The notes under the pieces were generated by a model, which worked only from the letters and a program-made list of their open reading frames with translations, was not told the DNA's origin and ran no database searches. Position numbers and translations under genes: made by a program. Below, piece after piece: positions 60,829-64,000 of a DNA stretch of 64,000 nucleotides. This DNA is from Candidatus Latescibacterota bacterium (GTDB lineage Bacteria; Latescibacterota; UBA2968; GCA-2709665). Each line of letters starts with the position of its first letter. Positions within the stretch are counted from its first letter, which is position 1. The stretch spans positions 2,720,001 to 2,784,000 of the forward strand of contig OZ241917.1 of NCBI GenBank assembly GCA_965203805.1, read 5' to 3'.

Positions 60829-62214
60829 TTACGCGCTTTCGAGCACATCGAGCACGTCGATTATGCTCAGGCCCGTGTGATATCCCGGATCCGCATCGGC
60901 GGTGGCCGGAATGACCGGCGCCACCCGCCCGGACTCGTCGCGGGTCTGGTAGGCCATCAGATGAAGGTCCGGGCGCACGTAGTGCCTCGTGAAGGCGTTG
61001 TGGCATGCGCTGAATACGCCGAGGGCGTTCTTCCGATGCGCCCCGGTTCGGGCGATCGAAAAGCAGTACGCGGCGGCGCGCAGCGTCTCGGGCAGGTTCC
61101 ACCAGGGCATATCGGTATTGGCTGGCGTGCGGGAGACCAGGTCGAACATCTTGCAGATGCCGCCGGGAACGGGCTGGAACCCCCCCGCAAAGGTATGTGA
61201 CAACAGATCGGGCATAATGGATTCGACGCCGTCGATTTCCTCGCTCCGGGCAGCATCCGCCAGGCCGTTCTTTCGGACGGCCGAGGTGAATTTCAGCGTC
61301 AGGCCGATGAATTCGAGAACGTGCCCCGGATCGGAAAGGACCCTCCCGTTTTCCTCGAAGGGCCGCCCGTCGTCGTCCACGGCCTCCCAGAAGTCGTACT
61401 CCCGGAGACGCGGAACCCGTCCATCCAGGTTGACGTAGGTCTGCAATTCGTGACGGATGAGGCGGAGACCCATCTCCACGCCGTCGCAAACGCCGTGTTC
61501 CGCCAGCAGCGCCGCGGCGCCGATCTGAATCATATACGCGCCGTGAGGGTGGCGCCCCGGCCGGGGTCCTGCGGGATTTTTGGGGTCCAGCGAAATCTGA
61601 TCGGTGGAAAAACGACCCTCGTGAATGGCGTCGTCCACGCGGCGGCAGTATTCCATGGCTTCCGTTTCGGCATCCCGCAACCCAAGGTATCTCGCCGCGG
61701 CAACCATGCCCTTGGCGCTGAAGAGGTCGCTGAACCCGTAGCTCGACGCCTCCGAGAACTTCAACGTCCGGATCCGGCCTTCCCCGTCCGGCGCAAACGG
61801 ATTCCCTCGCGGCGACATGAAGAACGAAAGGTGGCCGGCGTTTCGGGCGCGAATGTCGAGCAGCGCCGCGAGCACGTCGGCCGCGATGCGTTCCAGGCGG
61901 CGCCGGAGTTCCGCGTTCAGGTTGTGGCGGCGCATCCAGCGGCAGTGCCCGGCAAGAGATTCCAGCCCGCGCCCCTGAATCCATCCGGAGACCGCGTCCG
62001 GACCCTTCAGAGGATCGTCCGCATCGAAGTCCTCACCGGTAATGAGATCCAGTTTGGTATCGATAAAGGGGTACCCGGGGGTGCGTTCGTAGCGGTCCGC
62101 GATGGCGGCCATCACGGCAAGCAGCATGGCCCGGTAGTCCGGCAGGACCGACTTGACGTCGGCGGCGGCAGGGCATTCCGGCAGGAGAATTCCCCGGTAC
62201 ACGACTTCCGGCAT
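60829..62214 (-). CDS. AGE (N-acylglucosamine 2-epimerase)-like alpha/alpha-barrel protein
   Basis: WIQGR, DPGHVLEF, WWNLPETLRA and DPGYH motifs. Confidence 0.65.
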   Translation of the reverse strand: MPEVVYRGILLPECPAAADVKSVLPDYRAMLLAVMAAIADRYERTPGYPFIDTKLDLITGEDFDADDPLKGPDAVSGWIQGRGLESLAGHCRWMRRHNLNAELRRRLERIAADVLAALLDIRARNAGHLSFFMSPRGNPFAPDGEGRIRTLKFSEASSYGFSDLFSAKGMVAAARYLGLRDAETEAMEYCRRVDDAIHEGRFSTDQISLDPKNPAGPRPGRHPHGAYMIQIGAAALLAEHGVCDGVEMGLRLIRHELQTYVNLDGRVPRLREYDFWEAVDDDGRPFEENGRVLSDPGHVLEFIGLTLKFTSAVRKNGLADAARSEEIDGVESIMPDLLSHTFAGGFQPVPGGICKMFDLVSRTPANTDMPWWNLPETLRAAAYCFSIARTGAHRKNALGVFSACHNAFTRHYVRPDLHLMAYQTRDESGRVAPVIPATADADPGYHTGLSIIDVLDVLESA

Positions 62215-62302
62215 GGCGGCGGCTCCAGGGATCCGCTTGTATTGCTTTCTGGCAAGGAACGCGTTGCGAGACCGGCTACGGAGCACGGGCTGCGGATGTG
62301 CG

Positions 62303-63136
62303 CTACGCCCAGACGTAAATCTCGCCATCGTCATCGGAATAGCCGATGAATACGGCCAGGACAATTCTGGGATCGGTTCCCTCAACCGCGGGGACTTCGT
62401 GGATGCAGCGGGTGTTGAAGAAGTACAGGTCGCCCTGTTCAAGGTCGACCCGGCAGCGCTCGACGTTGTTCAGCCCGGCGTATTCGTGAAAGGCGTTCGC
62501 GGCAATATGGACCTCGACGTCCTCCGTCCACAGGCAGCGGTGCAGGATGGCCTGGGTGGCCGGCCCGGCCTGGTCCGCGTTTTGAAAGCACAGCACGCCC
62601 GCAAACTGGTGCTCGAACCGGGAGACCTCGTAATTGAAACGTCTTTCACGAAGCGAGACGTGGTCGATGTGCGGCCGGTAGGTGTGGTGGGTGTAGTGGA
62701 CGCGGAAGATGGCGGGACCGTAGCGGCGGCCGTCCGGTTCGCGCGCCGTCATCACCCGTTTGCCGCCGGCAAGCGCGGCGAGGCTGTTGTAGACGACGTC
62801 GATCGGATTGTCGAAACCGTCGAAGAGATGTTCGAACAGGTCGTGGGTCTGCGCGGCGTGTTTGAAAAAATCCGCCTGGTCGCCGCCCCTGTTTCCAAGA
62901 CTGGTGCCAATGTCGATACGGGTGCGTGTATCGCCGGACGCGGTGTCCGCCGGATCCCGCATCAGGCCGCTGTCGATAAACCGGCGGATCAGGCCGTCGC
63001 AGTGGGCCGGACTGAACCCCCGCTTCACAAGGATGGCCGGGATCTCGGCCGTTGAAAGGGCCCGGAGCGGGTTCGCGTATCGGGATGCGACGGACTCGAG
63101 GTCCGAACCGACCGGCAGCCAGTCGGCGGCGGGCAT
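62303..63136 (-). CDS. Putative 2OG-Fe(II) oxygenase
   Basis: PHID...GDLYFFNTRCIHEV...RIVL gives an HxD...H...R arrangement. Confidence 0.6.
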   Translation of the reverse strand: MPAADWLPVGSDLESVASRYANPLRALSTAEIPAILVKRGFSPAHCDGLIRRFIDSGLMRDPADTASGDTRTRIDIGTSLGNRGGDQADFFKHAAQTHDLFEHLFDGFDNPIDVVYNSLAALAGGKRVMTAREPDGRRYGPAIFRVHYTHHTYRPHIDHVSLRERRFNYEVSRFEHQFAGVLCFQNADQAGPATQAILHRCLWTEDVEVHIAANAFHEYAGLNNVERCRVDLEQGDLYFFNTRCIHEVPAVEGTDPRIVLAVFIGYSDDDGEIYVWA

Positions 63137-63148
63137 AGTAGATTCCCC

Positions 63149-63643
63149 TCAGGCGAGATCCTTGAACTCGATGTGCACGTGCTCCCGGTGCCCGGTAAGT
63201 TGCCGGTACTCGACGCCGGCGCTGTCGAACATACGTCTGGATGCCCTGACCGGATCGGTCTCGGCGTATTTGTCCGCCAGGTAGATGACTTCCCGAATGC
63301 CGGACTGAATGATGACTTTGGCGCATTCGTTGCAGGGAAAGTGGGTGACATAGATCGTGCAATTGTACAGGTTGGTGTCGATCTTGTTCAGGATCGCGTT
63401 GAGTTCGGCGTGGCAGATGTACGGATACTTGGTGTTGAGAAAGTCGCCCTCTCTCGCCCACGGATACTCGTCGTCCGAACAGCCGAGGGGCAGCCCATTG
63501 TAACCGATTCCGACGATTTTCTTCTTCTCGTTGATGATACAGGCGCCCACGCGGGTGTTGGGGTCCTTGCTCCGGAGCGCGGAAAGCAACGCAACGCCCA
63601 TGAAATATTCGTCCCAGGACAGATAATCTTCGCGTTTGTTCAT
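63149..63643 (-). CDS. dCMP deaminase
   Basis: WDEYFM, RSKDP, CHAELNAI and FPCNEC motifs. Confidence 0.93.
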   Translation of the reverse strand: MNKREDYLSWDEYFMGVALLSALRSKDPNTRVGACIINEKKKIVGIGYNGLPLGCSDDEYPWAREGDFLNTKYPYICHAELNAILNKIDTNLYNCTIYVTHFPCNECAKVIIQSGIREVIYLADKYAETDPVRASRRMFDSAGVEYRQLTGHREHVHIEFKDLA

Positions 63644-63881
63644 TTATATTCCGGGCGGCGCGTCAACGCACCTGGTGTGGATGCTCTCCGTTGGAACCCG
63701 AGAACCGTGAATGACCGGATCCGGGGCTGCCATCGTGCCGTCATGCGAGCCGGTGTAATATGCTTCGCGTATATACGGATTGCAACCGTTTCTTTGTCCG
63801 CGAAGCACAGATAGCGCCTTCGAGCCGGCGCCTGGCTCCGTTCGGTTCGGACCGACGGATGAGGAGCACGCGGAAGGACAC

Positions 63882-63913
63882 AAAAAAGCGAGGCGCGAAG
63901 AATCGCGCCTCGC
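63882..63913 (-). terminator. Rho-independent terminator
   Basis: Minus strand GCGAGGCGCGA-TTCT-TCGCGCCTCGC followed by TTTTTT. Confidence 0.75.
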
Positions 63914-64000
63914 AACGGACCTGCGGCCACCACCGGGCAGAAACCGACCGGTACGCAGATTCCGAAATTTAATCGTCCGTGGCCCGGGAGACATTTCGAC

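Noticed and set aside
60143-61984. 613-aa ORF as a long ABC fusion
   Set aside because: The N-terminal about 390 aa overlap the AGE-like gene in another frame and are low-complexity Arg/Gly/Pro; the real gene starts at 60805.
1-64000. CRISPR array, retron/RT, prophage or rRNA
   Set aside because: I saw no repeat-spacer array, reverse transcriptase, phage structural gene or rRNA.

Overview
A GC-rich chromosomal window from a diderm bacterium (lptD is present). Secreted WD40 proteins with a C-terminal EF-hand/dockerin-like tag suggest a Latescibacterota/Gemmatimonadota-type lineage, possibly host-associated; this is inference only. Housekeeping genes include lptD (partial), tRNA-Leu(TAG), lysA, citrate synthase with a divergent HTH-citrate-synthase fusion, a selenocysteine-containing selD with SECIS, trmB, fetAB and dCMP deaminase. 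There are two accessory regions. (1) About 7.5-21.5 kb is a peptide export locus. It has three small double-glycine-leader precursors with unrelated Cys-free cores, a cNMP/C39-peptidase ABC exporter, HlyD, a PpiC foldase, four paralogous CPBP and two DUF3267 membrane proteases, and no tailoring enzyme. A promoter-driven structured ncRNA candidate lies inside it. (2) A 16-kb block (35982-51993), bounded by a 9-bp direct repeat, splits an ABC ATPase/FtsX-permease/lipocalin operon. It carries pentapeptide-repeat genes, a type III R-M system with an HD-phosphohydrolase/YwgA-like pair between mod and res, and WD40 genes. The mod gene is interrupted twice, by an IS1380 and by a 289-bp MITE. All calls come from reading the sequence by eye; no database searches were run.
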